From a virus: DNA of 64,000 bases. A program made the position numbers and the translations under genes. Of the stretch, positions 17,113 to 27,048 are shown in pieces (positions within the stretch are counted from its first letter, which is position 1; each line of letters opens with the position of its first letter). A model generated the notes under the pieces. That model had not been told where the DNA came from and did no database searches. It saw only the letters and a program-made list of their open reading frames with translations. The stretch spans positions 1 through 64,000 of IMG/VR virus record IMGVR_UViG_3300047462_000344. The stretch is one strand, 5' to 3'.

Positions 17113-17502
17113 TCAGGTCAGAGGCGGGATCGTGATGGAACAGCTCTTGATCCGGTTCGCTGCGTTCTCAATGGCCGTGGCGAGGGCAGACACCTCAGAA
17201 ATCAGGGTGGTGACCTGAGCCAGATAGGTTTCGTAGGGCACCACGATGGGCCCGATGAGGTGATTGACCAGGTTGCTGATCCAGGTCAGCACGCTGGGCA
17301 GGTCCGTGGGCAGCGTGAGCAGATTAAGGATGGGAAGAAGTGCCGTGATTTGGGCTTCGATCGCGTTCTTTTCCGCCTGGATCGATGCCATCGCCTCGTC
17401 AACCACTTCCTGCAATTCGGAACAGACGTCGATCGCGTTGATGCGTGCGGTCAGGGCTGTGAAATAGTCGCCGTCGCTTTGAGATGTGCCTTGGGCCAGC
17501 AT
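17113..17502 (-). CDS. Hypothetical tail-module protein
   Basis: 129 aa, helical-looking. GAGGAG SD before ATG 17502. Confidence 0.55.
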   Translation of the reverse strand: MLAQGTSQSDGDYFTALTARINAIDVCSELQEVVDEAMASIQAEKNAIEAQITALLPILNLLTLPTDLPSVLTWISNLVNHLIGPIVVPYETYLAQVTTLISEVSALATAIENAANRIKSCSITIPPLT

Positions 17503-17514
17503 GTCGGGTCTCCT

Positions 17515-18186
17515 CTAGTAGATATTCGTAATAATACCATCCCGCACCGTCACTGTCTGCCCCGTCGGCGTGGTAAAAGAGCCAGACGCGCCAGTGCCGA
17601 CGGACAGATTACCGTCGATCGACACCGATCCGGTAAAATTGGCCGACGCGACATCCAGGTTCAGATCGGTAGCGCAGGAAATTGTGATGCTGACCGGCGC
17701 GCCCGTGTATGGCGGAACAACCCAGTTATCGTCGAAAACCAGGGGGGCGAGGTTTTCGTGCCCGCCAGCCCCGATGCGGATATAGGCCCCACTGGGGTGC
17801 CACATCTCCATCGACCCGTCCGGTGCGAAGGTGAAATAGGCACCCGATGCGGGGTGGCGATGGATGTCCCGATCGTCCTGGGTGAAATTGACCTGGCCAC
17901 CCTGGCAGTGCAGGAATCCCATCACCACGGGCCGTAGCGGCGTGCCATCCCGGTCGCCGACCATGGCCACCATGGCGATGATCTGCCTTCCATTCCCGTC
18001 CAGCCCGCCGGCGGAGAGTTCTGACGCGGGGGGTTTCACCGAAGGCGTGGACCACGACCCGCCATCCGTGCTGGCCGCCGTTGACATGATTTCGACGCCG
18101 AAAAACCGCTGATTATTGTCCAGCATGGCAATATCAGCCCGCCGCGAATGCGCATACACCTTGATGACGCGCGCTTTGCGAAACAT
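17515..18186 (-). CDS. Baseplate central spike (gpV/gp45-like)
   Basis: ATG 18186 overlaps the upstream TGA (TGATG). MFRKARVIKVYAHSRRADIAML... is OB-fold-like. The C-terminal beta-rich tip ends ...GSFTTPTGQTVTVRDGIITNIY. Confidence 0.6.
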   Translation of the reverse strand: MFRKARVIKVYAHSRRADIAMLDNNQRFFGVEIMSTAASTDGGSWSTPSVKPPASELSAGGLDGNGRQIIAMVAMVGDRDGTPLRPVVMGFLHCQGGQVNFTQDDRDIHRHPASGAYFTFAPDGSMEMWHPSGAYIRIGAGGHENLAPLVFDDNWVVPPYTGAPVSITISCATDLNLDVASANFTGSVSIDGNLSVGTGASGSFTTPTGQTVTVRDGIITNIY

Positions 18187-19676
18187 CACCCTACCGCCTC
18201 CCCACCAGATGCACTGCCCAGGGCCGGGCTGGACGGTGCCGACGTATCGTAAACGCCGGGCCGGCCCTCCGCCCACATCGGCGCGCCGCCATATCGCAGC
18301 CGCGCGATGAACCCGGTGCCCCGCTCGACTTCCACCGCCGTGGTCCACAACCCGAGCGGATTGATGACGTGCGACACGCCAACCATGTAATAGCGCGCCA
18401 CCAGCTTGCCGCGCGTGAGTTGCAGATACTGGCCAGGCCTGAGATATTCCGAGCCGCGCAGCACCATACCGCCCTCCTCGTAAACGCCATTGTCCCGGTT
18501 CATCGCTTTCAGATCGAGCGCGCGCTGGGTGTACCAATCCGTCCAGGCCGCGAGTGGCGCCGAGCGGGCCGCTCCCGGCACGTCGGGGGGGAAGGGTTGG
18601 CCACCCGGGATGAGCTGCGTCCCGACCTCCATCTTCTTCACGCCATAAATGACCGGATCGTTGTTCGGATAATCGAGATCGATCAATTGATGGTTGTAGA
18701 GCTGCGCGGCACTCAAAAAGGCCGACGTCTCGAAACTGCCATTGCCAGGCGGCACGGGGAAGAAATTGGCGACACGCTCATCGGAGCGGGCCACATTGAT
18801 GCTGACCAGCGCGGCGGCATCGACAGCGACGGTCCCTGGATCCGCCGCGCCCGCCATGATCAGCGCACCGGCCCCGACATCGTCATAAAACGGCGTGGGC
18901 CGGAACACGAGCTGCGGACCCGCATCCAAATCCTGGATGAATAATTCGTTCCACGGCATGTCGGCGAATTGCCGCATCTGTCCCCAGATCGACCCGTTAT
19001 AGCCACCGGCCAGGGTGGGAGACACCCAACCCGTCGTCGGCACCGATATGGCGGTGCTGAAATCATGGAAGATGCCGGCCTGAATAGGCGCGAGCTTGTC
19101 AACCTTTGGATTTACCACCTTCGTGATCATCTGTTCCATGAACTGACTCACGGGCTGAAATGTCGCTTCCAGGCCGGTGATGGCCTGGAAATTGAACAGG
19201 TCCAGGAACAGTTTGTCCTGGATGAAGGCGATTTCCCACATGATTTGGTAAATCTGGAGCAGTTTGCCGCTATCCTGGCCGGTGATGACGACGACGCGCT
19301 GGGGTTGCCCGTTCTGGCCCATCGTCTCGTTACGGCTCACTTTGCTCACCCATCCCCGCATCAGCACGGGCAGACTGCCCCCTGAATAGGCTTGCGGCGT
19401 GCGTGAACCGCGTATCTCGACCACGTCTTGGGCTTCGATCAGCGTGTAGAGCGAATCCTGGACATCCGGCTCGACCTGATCCCCGATCGACAGAGAGAAG
19501 GCGCCGGCGGGCGCCCGGATATTCTTCACGATGCGGATCGCGCCAGCGTCGCCAAGGTAGGGCGTCAGGTCCAGCGCCCGCGGCGCCACAGATGCGCGCG
19601 CCGAAATGCCACTGTTCCGCGTCACCACCTTATACAACGTGACGGTGACCTGCGGCGTGAAGAGTTCGACCGCCAT
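18186..19676 (-). CDS. Tail protein following the tape measure (distal tail/hub candidate)
   Basis: 496 aa. The call rests on position only. Confidence 0.6.
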   Translation of the reverse strand: MAVELFTPQVTVTLYKVVTRNSGISARASVAPRALDLTPYLGDAGAIRIVKNIRAPAGAFSLSIGDQVEPDVQDSLYTLIEAQDVVEIRGSRTPQAYSGGSLPVLMRGWVSKVSRNETMGQNGQPQRVVVITGQDSGKLLQIYQIMWEIAFIQDKLFLDLFNFQAITGLEATFQPVSQFMEQMITKVVNPKVDKLAPIQAGIFHDFSTAISVPTTGWVSPTLAGGYNGSIWGQMRQFADMPWNELFIQDLDAGPQLVFRPTPFYDDVGAGALIMAGAADPGTVAVDAAALVSINVARSDERVANFFPVPPGNGSFETSAFLSAAQLYNHQLIDLDYPNNDPVIYGVKKMEVGTQLIPGGQPFPPDVPGAARSAPLAAWTDWYTQRALDLKAMNRDNGVYEEGGMVLRGSEYLRPGQYLQLTRGKLVARYYMVGVSHVINPLGLWTTAVEVERGTGFIARLRYGGAPMWAEGRPGVYDTSAPSSPALGSASGGEAVG

Positions 19677-19678
19677 GC

Positions 19679-22171
19679 CTATTGCCAGTTCGAGGTATCG
19701 ACCGGCGCGCCGTTCGGCATCGGCCGCGGCACAGCGGTCATGGGGTGTTGCTCCTCAGCACGCACCGAACCGTCTGCGTTTTGGTGCTGCACGACGAGTG
19801 GCGCGGCCGTGACCGCGACGTGCACACGGGCGGCATTACCGGTCATGGCAGGATCACGTGGCGGAAGGGCCACCCCACCTCCAGTCGTCGCCTTATAACC
19901 AAGCCGGACACCCTTCGCCAACATATCGTCCGGCGGCACGGGATTGCTTTCGCCCCCAACTGTCTCGGCGCGCAGAAAAGCCGCGGCGAATTTTGGGTCG
20001 CGCAGATCGAAAGGTGTGTCCGGGTCGAGATGCAGCATGCGCGACATACGGGCGATGATGCCAGCCGTATCGTTTTCACTGGGCGGCGCCCGCCGCATCA
20101 TTTCCTTGCGGATCGTGTTATAGCCGCGATCCTGGTCGAGCAGCATCTGGTGCAGCCCGGCGCCCAACCCCTCCTCTGGCGTGTTATACGCCCCCCACCG
20201 CCCATGCGCGCCGGTTACATAGGGTTGGCCCGGCACATAGGCCAGATTGGTCGGATTGTTGTTTTTCCAGCCGGTAGCCGTAGCGTTTGGTTCTTGCGGG
20301 CCAGGCGCGGCAGGTCCAAAAACACGGTCATGCGCCCACTTGCCGAATTGGTTACCGCTGCGCATAATTCTTCCAAGGAAACTGTCTGGCTGACCATGCT
20401 CGTCAACGCTAGCATCGCTCATCGCTCTAGCTATATCACCGACGGGACCTGTCAATTCAGCAACATTGCCTCTAAGTAAAGAAATCTCGTTAACGAGCGG
20501 CTCGCCAACTTTCGTTAGAGCGTTGGCGAAATCGGCCTCGGCTTCGGACGCACGAGACCCAGTTGTTTCCGTCATTCCGGCCGCCGCAATACCACGGACC
20601 ATCAGTTTGCGCAGGTCAATACCCGTCGCGGTTGCTATGCCTGGAATCTGCTTGGCAATATCGGGGTGCTCCTTAACGAACTTGTCCCGATATTTCTCTA
20701 AGCCCGACTCACCACCGTCCTTGTTCAGAACCTGTAGGATTTCATTCATGGCTGTCGGGCTGATATTTTCCAGCTTCGTGCCGGCATCCTTCATGCCTTC
20801 GCGCAACGCGGCGCGCTGTTTCGGGTCCATGCTAAACAGAGCGTCGGCCTGATCCTCGGATAGGCCGGTAAGCGCCATCTCAGCCGCCCGTTTCCGCTCC
20901 CGTGTCAGCTTATCTGTACCGGAATAGTCTCTTGCGAGCTGACCCTGCATGACGCCGAGCACATCAGTATCACCGACCTGTTCGAGCAGGCCTCGCCCGG
21001 CAATCAGATGCGCCTCATAAGGGTCCCGGATCCCGGCATTCGCCAGCGCCCTGTAGATATACGCCCTGGTCTGCTCGCCCATGGCGCCGCCCTGCCGGAA
21101 CACACTGTTGGCCGAGGTGATAAGCGATTCACCGTTTTCAGCGCGCAGGCCAGGCACGCCGGACGTGTTCATTTGCTTGTAGAGGGCGGCAAAGTCCGCT
21201 GTCTGTCCATCATTCATCAGCAGTCGTGTCGCCGATTCAGACCATCGCAGCACAGCCTGCATGGTCTGCTCCATCGTCGCGCCGCTTTCGTGCGCGCCGC
21301 GCGCCGCGGACATACCCACGATGGTCGCGAATTTTTCCGGATCAATGCCCAGCGCGCTGGCGCGGGCCACAGCGTTGACCGTGGTGCCCATATCCATGCC
21401 ATAGCCGCGCGCCATGCCGACCGCGACCGCAACACCACGCTGCTGGTGCTCCAGCTTCGCGTCATTGGTCAGAGCTTGCCAGGACGCACTGAATGCATGT
21501 TGTTGCGCGATCGTGATGCGGTTCGCCGAGGCGTTTGCCGAAACGGTGTCGCGCAACTCCTCGTAGGTCAGCCCCAGATCGCGCATGTGGCGTAGCAGCC
21601 GGTCCGACGAATCAGCCTCCTCCCGCGCGCCAGAATAGGCGGTGGACGCCATGCGCTTCACACCTTCAACGCCGGCCATAGCGAGCATCCAGCCCGCAGC
21701 CCCCTTAGCGCCGCGCATCATCATGCCGGCCATGTCATCTTCATCTTTGGGTGGCTTGGGTGGCGCTGGCGGCGCTGGCGGCGCTGGCACTGGCGGCGGC
21801 TGGGGCGCGAACTGAGTCCCGCTTAAAACATACTGGCCGGCTCGGCCGATGACACGGTCGCGGTCCGCCTGGTCAGGGTAGATTTTGTCGGCGCCAAGGA
21901 ACTTGTCCAGGTCGGCGAGCGACGCATTATTACCGCCCAGAATGTTGCGGACGCCGGCGGCCGTCGGACCCTTGCCGAGCCTAGCCAAGTCCTGCAACTG
22001 CTTTTCTATTTGCTGGAGGTCAGGCGCGAGCTTGCCGAGCTCGGGATGCGACAGGTCCATATCCTTGAAGGCTTTGCCTTCCTGGCCGGCGCGCCTGATC
22101 GCGTCGGCGATGCGGTTGATCGCCGATATGGTGGCCGTGGCGTCCGCGTCGATGCCTACCCGAACCGTCAT
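19679..22171 (-). CDS. Tape measure protein
   Basis: 830 aa, helical and Ala/Gly/Met-rich. A (PAP)n linker is encoded by a 9-bp x3 repeat at 21762-21788. Lies directly downstream of the chaperone pair. AT-richer patch around 20380-20780. Confidence 0.8.
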   Translation of the reverse strand: MTVRVGIDADATATISAINRIADAIRRAGQEGKAFKDMDLSHPELGKLAPDLQQIEKQLQDLARLGKGPTAAGVRNILGGNNASLADLDKFLGADKIYPDQADRDRVIGRAGQYVLSGTQFAPQPPPVPAPPAPPAPPKPPKDEDDMAGMMMRGAKGAAGWMLAMAGVEGVKRMASTAYSGAREEADSSDRLLRHMRDLGLTYEELRDTVSANASANRITIAQQHAFSASWQALTNDAKLEHQQRGVAVAVGMARGYGMDMGTTVNAVARASALGIDPEKFATIVGMSAARGAHESGATMEQTMQAVLRWSESATRLLMNDGQTADFAALYKQMNTSGVPGLRAENGESLITSANSVFRQGGAMGEQTRAYIYRALANAGIRDPYEAHLIAGRGLLEQVGDTDVLGVMQGQLARDYSGTDKLTRERKRAAEMALTGLSEDQADALFSMDPKQRAALREGMKDAGTKLENISPTAMNEILQVLNKDGGESGLEKYRDKFVKEHPDIAKQIPGIATATGIDLRKLMVRGIAAAGMTETTGSRASEAEADFANALTKVGEPLVNEISLLRGNVAELTGPVGDIARAMSDASVDEHGQPDSFLGRIMRSGNQFGKWAHDRVFGPAAPGPQEPNATATGWKNNNPTNLAYVPGQPYVTGAHGRWGAYNTPEEGLGAGLHQMLLDQDRGYNTIRKEMMRRAPPSENDTAGIIARMSRMLHLDPDTPFDLRDPKFAAAFLRAETVGGESNPVPPDDMLAKGVRLGYKATTGGGVALPPRDPAMTGNAARVHVAVTAAPLVVQHQNADGSVRAEEQHPMTAVPRPMPNGAPVDTSNWQ

Positions 22172-22172
22172 G

Positions 22173-22541
22173 TCAGCCTCGCCCGTATGTGTCGTCGATC
22201 ACAGTGTCGTATCCAGCCGCATCTGCGGCCGCGACCCGGTCCATCTCTTCGCCGAGCAGCCGGTCCACCTCGTCCAGCGCCGCCTCCTCGGCATCCCAGT
22301 CGTCCGTTACCACAGCGTTTCGCAGCGCGGGATCATCGGCGTGGCGGTGCGCCCAATAATCCACAATGATATCGGCGACGGAGCAATCGAGAAACCGCGG
22401 GTCGTCGGGGGGCAGATTGTAGCGGCGCCGGAACGCGAATTCGATCGTGCCGCTAAGCCGCAGCCCCAGGTCGGACGCCTGCTTTTGCACTTCTTCCGCG
22501 AAATCGCGTCTCTTCTTCTTCAAACCTCCCGTAGAAGGCAA
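22173..22541 (-). CDS. Tail assembly chaperone, downstream (T-like) reading frame
   Basis: 122 codons open in the +1 frame relative to 22453..22794. The only start-like codon at its head is TTG. 89-nt overlap with the G-like ORF. Confidence 0.5.
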   Translation of the reverse strand: MPSTGGLKKKRRDFAEEVQKQASDLGLRLSGTIEFAFRRRYNLPPDDPRFLDCSVADIIVDYWAHRHADDPALRNAVVTDDWDAEEAALDEVDRLLGEEMDRVAAADAAGYDTVIDDTYGRG

Positions 22542-22794
22542 AGAGGCTTTTCTGGTCGTCCGGCATGACCAGGTCCATCGCCTTCAAATCCCAACCCGCC
22601 GGCGCTTCCACGATGCACCGCTCCGCCGTGGCCAAGGCATACGCGGCCAAGGCCAGTGCGCCGAGGTCCGTGCCGCCGCCAAGGGTGCGCCTGGCCTCCG
22701 CCTGAATCCAAATCTGATCGCGCGGCGTCGGCCGCCGGCACACAAACTTACCGAACGGATCGACCTCAATCTCGAATGTGTTTTCGACGATCAC
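22453..22794 (-). CDS. Tail assembly chaperone (G-like)
   Basis: 113 aa. GTG 22794 in a GTGA overlap with the tube gene stop. Lies between the tube and tape measure genes. Confidence 0.6.
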   Translation of the reverse strand: MIVENTFEIEVDPFGKFVCRRPTPRDQIWIQAEARRTLGGGTDLGALALAAYALATAERCIVEAPAGWDLKAMDLVMPDDQKSLFAFYGRFEEEETRFRGRSAKAGVRPGAAA

Positions 22795-23225
22795 AGGCCA
22801 GTACCACGCACCTTGAGCGATTTGAACTGGCCGTTTGTCACGATGATGCGGTTCGCGTTGATGTCGATATCACCGGAATCGAAACTGCACCCCTGGTTCG
22901 TCCGCACCGCTTTGCCGGTATCCTTGGAATAGACCACGATATCGAACACCACACCCGTGAGTGCATCGTCCGCGTTCTCGGGGATGATGCCCAGCGCCCG
23001 CATGCCGTTCTTCTTGATCGACATGGCGGAAACGGAGACGGAATACATTGCCTTAGTCGGAACGTTCTCGACCACTTCGATGTCGCCAATACCGGATGCG
23101 CCATCGAGGCCGTAACTGTCGGAGAAGCGAGCGGACTGAATCAGCCCGACCTGCTTGCCGCCAAACTCGATGACGACCCGATTGCCGGTATTGACGTTCT
23201 GGTTCGTGGTGCCCTGAATAGCCAT
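22791..23225 (-). CDS. Tail tube protein
   Basis: 144 aa, immediately after the sheath gene. GGGAGG SD. Confidence 0.7.
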   Translation of the reverse strand: MAIQGTTNQNVNTGNRVVIEFGGKQVGLIQSARFSDSYGLDGASGIGDIEVVENVPTKAMYSVSVSAMSIKKNGMRALGIIPENADDALTGVVFDIVVYSKDTGKAVRTNQGCSFDSGDIDINANRIIVTNGQFKSLKVRGTGL

Positions 23226-23240
23226 GGCCGAGCCTCCCTA

Positions 23241-24992
23241 TCAGCTCGATACCGTGCCGGAATACGGCACGATCGAGGCGGTTGCGGTGACGAAATTGTC
23301 CGGAACGACCGGGCTGGCCTGCCACGTCACGTTGATTGTGTCGCCCGCCGCCGTCGCCACAATGTTCTGGAACGGCGGGCTGTTCTCATCGCCGACCAGC
23401 ACACCCGGCCCGATCGGGGCCGGAACAGCCAAATCGGTGAGGACGGACTGGGTTATCGCCTCCGCCCTGCCCAGCGCCTGCGGACTGACCGGACCCCCGA
23501 TCAAAACCTGCAATGCGTCGCGCACCGATCGCATCATGTAATCGGTCGCGGCGCCGCAGCTGACCTCGACACGATTGTAATTATCGTTGTCGAGCCAGCA
23601 CGACACGGACCTGGCCACCTTGTAGCCCTCCTGCGTCACAATCAGCGGCATCACGCCGGCCTGAATGAGAATGTCCGTATCGGTCGGCACGCGCAGGATT
23701 TGCTCCAGCCCGCGCGCCGTGATCGTTTTGTTCGTCATGGCCGAGCCAGGCGTCATGGCGGCAAATCCGGCTCCGACCAGCACGGCACTCTGCCAGGATG
23801 GCAGCATGACCAAATCGCCGGCCGCGTTATAATCCTGATAGCCAGGATAGACGATTGAGGTGCGGTCGCTGTTGATGGAGAAGGCCAGAGCTTCCGCCTG
23901 AGCAATCGTAGCGCCGAGTGCTGGGCCGGTGAGGTGACGCCGTTCCTTGCCGCCCACGGTGGACATGTACTGGCAATGCGCGTCGCACGCCGCCGTGATG
24001 CCGATGGGCGAGCTGGGGTTCTCGCCGTAAAGCGAGACCAGCCATTGCAGGTCCACGCCCTGCAACACCTCCAGCGCGGTGACCCAATCGGCCAGCGTGG
24101 TGTCGTACGTGCCGGCCCCGCCCGTCATTGGGGTCAGCGGCAAGGTGGCCGGCCGGCGCTGGCAGGTCGCCGTAGCGCGGACCGCCGTGACGAAACCGCC
24201 AGCAGCCGAGGAATTGAACCAATCGACGCACGCCTGGAGGTTTGCAGTGACCGAGAACGGCGAGGAGAAGCAGTTCGCGGCAGCGAAATGGTCCAACCCC
24301 TCTAGCGCCGGCGTCCCCGAGGAGCCGGCCACGACGGCGGCGGTGAAATGCGTAACCGTATTGATCGCCGCAACCAACTGGTCCACCGTCGTATAGGTGG
24401 AAAGCAGGAACGTTGCCACCGTGGTAGAGTTGGCGGCCAGAACGCAGGTCGTTTCCGTGATGGTAATGGTGGCCGACGTTACCCCAGAGCCGGATGCTGA
24501 CACGGTAAAGGCGGTGCGGCCAACATTCGTGCCGCTGGCATAGTTCTCACCATCCGTAATGGTCAGGGTCAGATTGCCATCGCTGTTGGCATCCGGCTGG
24601 ACCGAGACCTGGAACAGGGTGGACGGCACACCGTACTGCGTCGTGGTCAGATTGATGCAGACCGCACCGGTATTGTCGGTAAGCGCCAGGGTGGATTGCG
24701 TCGCGTTCCCCACGATGATGCAGCCAACCTCGCCAGGCCCATCAATTTCGTTCGATGGGTTGAACGCTTTGGTCACCGCGGTCAGCACGTCGCCACTGAC
24801 CAGCACGGCTGCCGCTTCGTCCGGGCTGCCAAAGGTCAGGTAGGTATTGGGTTGGCCGCCCGCCGAGTTGCCGATGAAGCATACCGTATTACCAATATTC
24901 TGATTTATCGGCGCCTCGGCGCCGTCCAGCACATCAGAAACGGTTGTCGGGGTGGTGTAGAGCTGACCGTTGAAGAATAGGGTCGATGCCAT
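23241..24992 (-). CDS. Contractile tail sheath protein
   Basis: 583 aa. Size and sheath-tube-chaperone-tape-measure gene order. Confidence 0.75.
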   Translation of the reverse strand: MASTLFFNGQLYTTPTTVSDVLDGAEAPINQNIGNTVCFIGNSAGGQPNTYLTFGSPDEAAAVLVSGDVLTAVTKAFNPSNEIDGPGEVGCIIVGNATQSTLALTDNTGAVCINLTTTQYGVPSTLFQVSVQPDANSDGNLTLTITDGENYASGTNVGRTAFTVSASGSGVTSATITITETTCVLAANSTTVATFLLSTYTTVDQLVAAINTVTHFTAAVVAGSSGTPALEGLDHFAAANCFSSPFSVTANLQACVDWFNSSAAGGFVTAVRATATCQRRPATLPLTPMTGGAGTYDTTLADWVTALEVLQGVDLQWLVSLYGENPSSPIGITAACDAHCQYMSTVGGKERRHLTGPALGATIAQAEALAFSINSDRTSIVYPGYQDYNAAGDLVMLPSWQSAVLVGAGFAAMTPGSAMTNKTITARGLEQILRVPTDTDILIQAGVMPLIVTQEGYKVARSVSCWLDNDNYNRVEVSCGAATDYMMRSVRDALQVLIGGPVSPQALGRAEAITQSVLTDLAVPAPIGPGVLVGDENSPPFQNIVATAAGDTINVTWQASPVVPDNFVTATASIVPYSGTVSS

Positions 24993-24998
24993 GATACC

Positions 24999-25307
24999 TT
25001 AACCTTTCTTCTTGCGGACGATGGCGTAGCTTTGCTGAGGCGGGACGGGTTCCGTCAGGAAGGCATGCATCCGCGCGGTGAAATTCGCCTCCGTATCGTG
25101 ATGGGTGCGGCCGTGCGCCGTTTCCACGGCGTGGAATGCCCCATACAGCTCCGGTCGTGTCGCCTTTTTGGATTGCCCGCGGAGGAACTCCTCCAGGCTG
25201 ATCTTGTGCGCCGGTGCGGCAAGCGCCGAATCGGGCAGCGACAGATCGACTGTAGGCGCAGCAACAGCGGCCGGCGCGGCGGCCACAACCGTTTCAGTAT
25301 CATCCAT
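24999..25307 (-). CDS. Hypothetical virion-module protein
   Basis: ATG 25307 (the ORF track starts at TTG 25313). 8-nt overlap with the upstream stop. Confidence 0.5.
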   Translation of the reverse strand: MDDTETVVAAAPAAVAAPTVDLSLPDSALAAPAHKISLEEFLRGQSKKATRPELYGAFHAVETAHGRTHHDTEANFTARMHAFLTEPVPPQQSYAIVRKKKG

Positions 25308-26160
25308 AGACAAGGTCCGATCCTATCGTTGCGGTTTCGGTGGTGGAAGTGACGATCGGCAGGCCATAGATGACGGACGCCGGCGCCTGGCAGGTAAACT
25401 TGCCGCCCGTCATGAACAGTGGCGCATTCTTGGCCTCAAAATCCTCGGAATCCTGTTGCTGAAACCCTATATTCAGCATGCCAGCAGCATCGAAAACTTC
25501 GAGATTGACCTGGATGACGCGCCGCACCGCCATCCGCAGCGCGATACGTTCGTCGGGATTCAGCGAGACGCCGACGACGTTCATTGAAAAACTGGCGAGC
25601 CAGCCCTCGCTTTCGCCAGGCGTGCCAAACACGTCCAGGATATCGCCGGTCACAGTCTCGCCAATCGCCCGCGTCTCCGGCCCGGTCGTATCGAGATGCA
25701 CGGAAATCATGGGAAAGGAGATGCGGTCCGCCAGCGCGTAGGGCGACGTAACGACCGGGCAGGTCCCGCTCGACGGGGTGAACCGGCCCGACGCGATTTC
25801 CACCGCCATGCCAGCGGTGAGCCGCTGGACGAGCAGGAGTTGCGGGTCCGGCGCCGCGTCCTGATACGTCGCGGCGGGCACGATCGACACGCTCGGCGCG
25901 TCCGTCCAGGTCTCCCCGTCAGGGGTGAAATAGACATGGTAGAAATAGGAGGTGCCATTGACCAGCGCATCGACGTCGATCAGGCAATTATCGGTGCAAT
26001 CATCGGCGACGAGCACGGCGCCAGTATCGCCGGCTCCGGTGAAACTGTCCGAGGTGCGGCGCAGCACCCGCCACCACGCTGCGGCTGTGGCGGGCGGCGT
26101 GACGACGATGCGCACCGCGTTGCCCGCCGCCAGAGCGAAGAGTTGAAGCCCGATTGCCAT
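25300..26160 (-). CDS. Hypothetical neck/tail-completion-region protein
   Basis: 286 aa. Late box at fixed spacing before ATG 26160. Confidence 0.6.
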   Translation of the reverse strand: MAIGLQLFALAAGNAVRIVVTPPATAAAWWRVLRRTSDSFTGAGDTGAVLVADDCTDNCLIDVDALVNGTSYFYHVYFTPDGETWTDAPSVSIVPAATYQDAAPDPQLLLVQRLTAGMAVEIASGRFTPSSGTCPVVTSPYALADRISFPMISVHLDTTGPETRAIGETVTGDILDVFGTPGESEGWLASFSMNVVGVSLNPDERIALRMAVRRVIQVNLEVFDAAGMLNIGFQQQDSEDFEAKNAPLFMTGGKFTCQAPASVIYGLPIVTSTTETATIGSDLVYG

Positions 26161-26169
26161 GCCGACACG

Positions 26170-26182
26170 ATGCCGTCACGAC
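26170..26182 (-). promoter_or_regulatory. Late box copy
   Basis: Minus strand GTCGTGACGGCAT + CGTGTCGGC + ATG(26160). Starts 2 nt after the upstream TAA. Confidence 0.55.
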
Positions 26183-26184
26183 TG

Positions 26185-27048
26185 TTATGGCGCGTCGGCG
26201 CCTATCCCCAGGATGCGCGCCACATCCTCTTGCACTGCGGCGGAGAAGGCCTTCTCAGCGATCGGCCGGATCGTCTCGCCGGCGGACAGGGCCGGGTAAA
26301 GCCCGGGCCGGGCCGGCGCGATCCACCCCTTCGACCCCTCCATCATGGTGCGGAATGTCAAATACTGCGAATGCTGCGCCCCACCCTTTTGCTCGGGCCG
26401 GCGGAAATTCACCATGCCCACCAGCCGCTTCGCCACCTTGTCGTTCTCGCCGAAGCCGAGATGGGCCAGGGCGTGTTTGTCGAGCCGATCGCCCCACTGG
26501 TAGCGCCAGCCCGGCACGGTGACCCGCTCCCGCGTCTTAATGTCGAAGGCGCCTGTACCGGAGAGCCGCCGGTACGTGCCGATGACCTGGCTGCGCTGCC
26601 GCTCCTCCTCCTGCCACCACCGATGCACTTCGGCCGGCATGCGGTTGCCCGTCACAGCGTTTGGATTATTCCACCGGAACGGGATGATGAGGTAGCGCCG
26701 CCCGTCTTTGGTGAGCCGGACCTTAACAGAGGAATCCAGCATTTTCTTCATGTCGTAACCGGACGATCCGCGTTCGATCACGTCGGCATAGGGGAGCTCG
26801 CTATACGCCTCCGCGCTGAAATCCCCGGTCGATCGGAACAGGATCGACCGCCCATAGGCGCCGGACTGGGGATGCAGCACCTTGCCGCTCGGCAGCGGCG
26901 CCCCGTCGGCATAGGCCTTCCAGGTTTCTTGTATCGCCAGGCCCATCCGCTGCACCATGGCGGAGAGGGAGGGGAAGGCATCCTTGGTCAGCGCCCCGCC
27001 GGGGGGCAGGAACTCGCCGATATCAATACTGATCCGAAACTCAGGCAC
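26185..27048 (-). CDS. Hypothetical head-tail joining-region protein
   Basis: 287 aa. GTG start overlaps the upstream gene end. Confidence 0.6.
   Translation of the reverse strand: MPEFRISIDIGEFLPPGGALTKDAFPSLSAMVQRMGLAIQETWKAYADGAPLPSGKVLHPQSGAYGRSILFRSTGDFSAEAYSELPYADVIERGSSGYDMKKMLDSSVKVRLTKDGRRYLIIPFRWNNPNAVTGNRMPAEVHRWWQEEERQRSQVIGTYRRLSGTGAFDIKTRERVTVPGWRYQWGDRLDKHALAHLGFGENDKVAKRLVGMVNFRRPEQKGGAQHSQYLTFRTMMEGSKGWIAPARPGLYPALSAGETIRPIAEKAFSAAVQEDVARILGIGADAP

Noticed and set aside
21762-21788. GGCGCTGGC x3 tandem repeat, considered as a VNTR or CRISPR-like element
   Set aside because: There are only three 9-bp units with no spacers. They are in frame within the tape measure gene and encode a PAPPAPPAP linker. 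No CRISPR array is present anywhere in the window.
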